A stretch of 64,000 bases of DNA, from NCBI GenBank assembly GCA_050273025.1, contig CP158636.1, forward strand, positions 8,370,001 to 8,434,000, given 5' to 3'. Origin of the DNA: Cenococcum geophilum. Lineage: Eukaryota. Shown here piece after piece: positions 63,501-64,000 of the stretch. Under the pieces are notes generated by a model, which saw nothing but the letters and a program-made list of their open reading frames with translations, was not told the origin of the DNA and searched no databases. Each line of letters begins with the position of its first letter. The stretch's first letter is position 1. The translations under genes and the position numbers were made by a program.

Positions 63501-64000
63501 TATATATATTTAGTGTTTTATATAAACCTACTAGAGCTATAGCATAGACTACTACCGGAAAAGAACTTCCGTCTAGGCCCAATTAAACACCCTAAGGTAG
63601 TAGGCGAGCGGTATAAGGTTAAAGCTATACTATGCTATAAGTCTGTTAAGAACAAGCTTTAATTTAAAGTTAAATGGCTAGGCTAGCCCGCTAAGGACTC
63701 TATATAGGAACCAGAGGATTACCTTAATTATTATAAAGATATTCTAAAAGAATATTGGGACTAAGGTCTATAATCTATAAGTTGTAGAAAGCGCTCTAAT
63801 ACTACGGTGTTATCGCGACTTATAAAGAAAGCTTATAAAAAGAGTAAATAGGTTAAATCGGATATAGAACAGATAGGCTCCGGAAACTATAAAGATAGGG
63901 CTACGGCCTAAGGCAGGACGGGTCCTTAGCCTTTTTACGTATATAGTATAGAGTTGATAAGGGCATTTTGCTAGAATTGTATTCCTATTTATTAATCTAT
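51529..64000 (+). mobile_element. Ty3/Gypsy chromovirus E (3' end outside window), split by Gypsy G
   Basis: Tentative 5' LTR 51529-51716 (TGTAAG...CTTATA). Gag is interrupted at 52603; protease LYNSGAEINLI ~59547, RT YLDNILIY ~60912, RNase H YYTHDKELLAIV ~61560, integrase ~62400-63300, chromodomain ~63610-63760. The left boundary is uncertain. Confidence 0.82.
52603..58944 (+). mobile_element. Ty3/Gypsy chromovirus G, full length ~6.3 kb, RIP-inactivated
   Basis: 192-bp LTRs at 52603-52794 and 58753-58944, TSD ACTTA, PPT GAGGGGGGGTAG. Gag knuckle ~54308, RT YLDNILIY ~55868, RNase H, integrase, chromodomain ~58225-58420. Confidence 0.95.

Noticed and set aside
1..64000. Host genes, effectors, rRNA/tRNA, telomeric arrays, or an alternative genetic code explaining the many TAA/TAG stops
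   Set aside because: Nearly every segment is assigned to a TE and TTAGGG occurs only sporadically. The stops come with D>N and C>Y changes typical of RIP, not codon reassignment.

Overview
The window is an AT-rich block with no recognisable host gene, made entirely of nested transposable elements from a filamentous ascomycete. All elements are heavily mutated in the pattern of repeat-induced point mutation (RIP: CpA>TpA / TpG>TpA), so no intact protein-coding ORF remains. LTR pairs and target-site duplications (TSDs) resolve the nesting. A hAT DNA transposon relic (49548-51326) appears to host Gypsy A (<1-49547). A hosts Gypsy B (1440-43497, -) and a gag-only Copia derivative J (44716-47915). 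B hosts Copia C, Gypsy D, a minisatellite-filled TIR element, a solo LTR and Copia H. H hosts a poly(A)-tailed non-coding retroposon and a full-length Tad1-like LINE, and the LINE hosts Copia I (same family as H, inverted). To the right, Gypsy E (~51529->64000) hosts Gypsy G (52603-58944). The most interesting observations are: (1) a palindromic 3'-UTR module shared by unrelated Gypsy and Copia families; (2) an antisense Zn2Cys6-like ORF relic in the 3' region of Gypsy A; (3) a 2.3-kb retroposed non-coding element built of about 30 tandem hairpins; (4) a coding-free TIR element built of minisatellites that share motifs with that retroposon. Letters A-J are my own labels; all translations and de-RIP reconstructions were done by eye.
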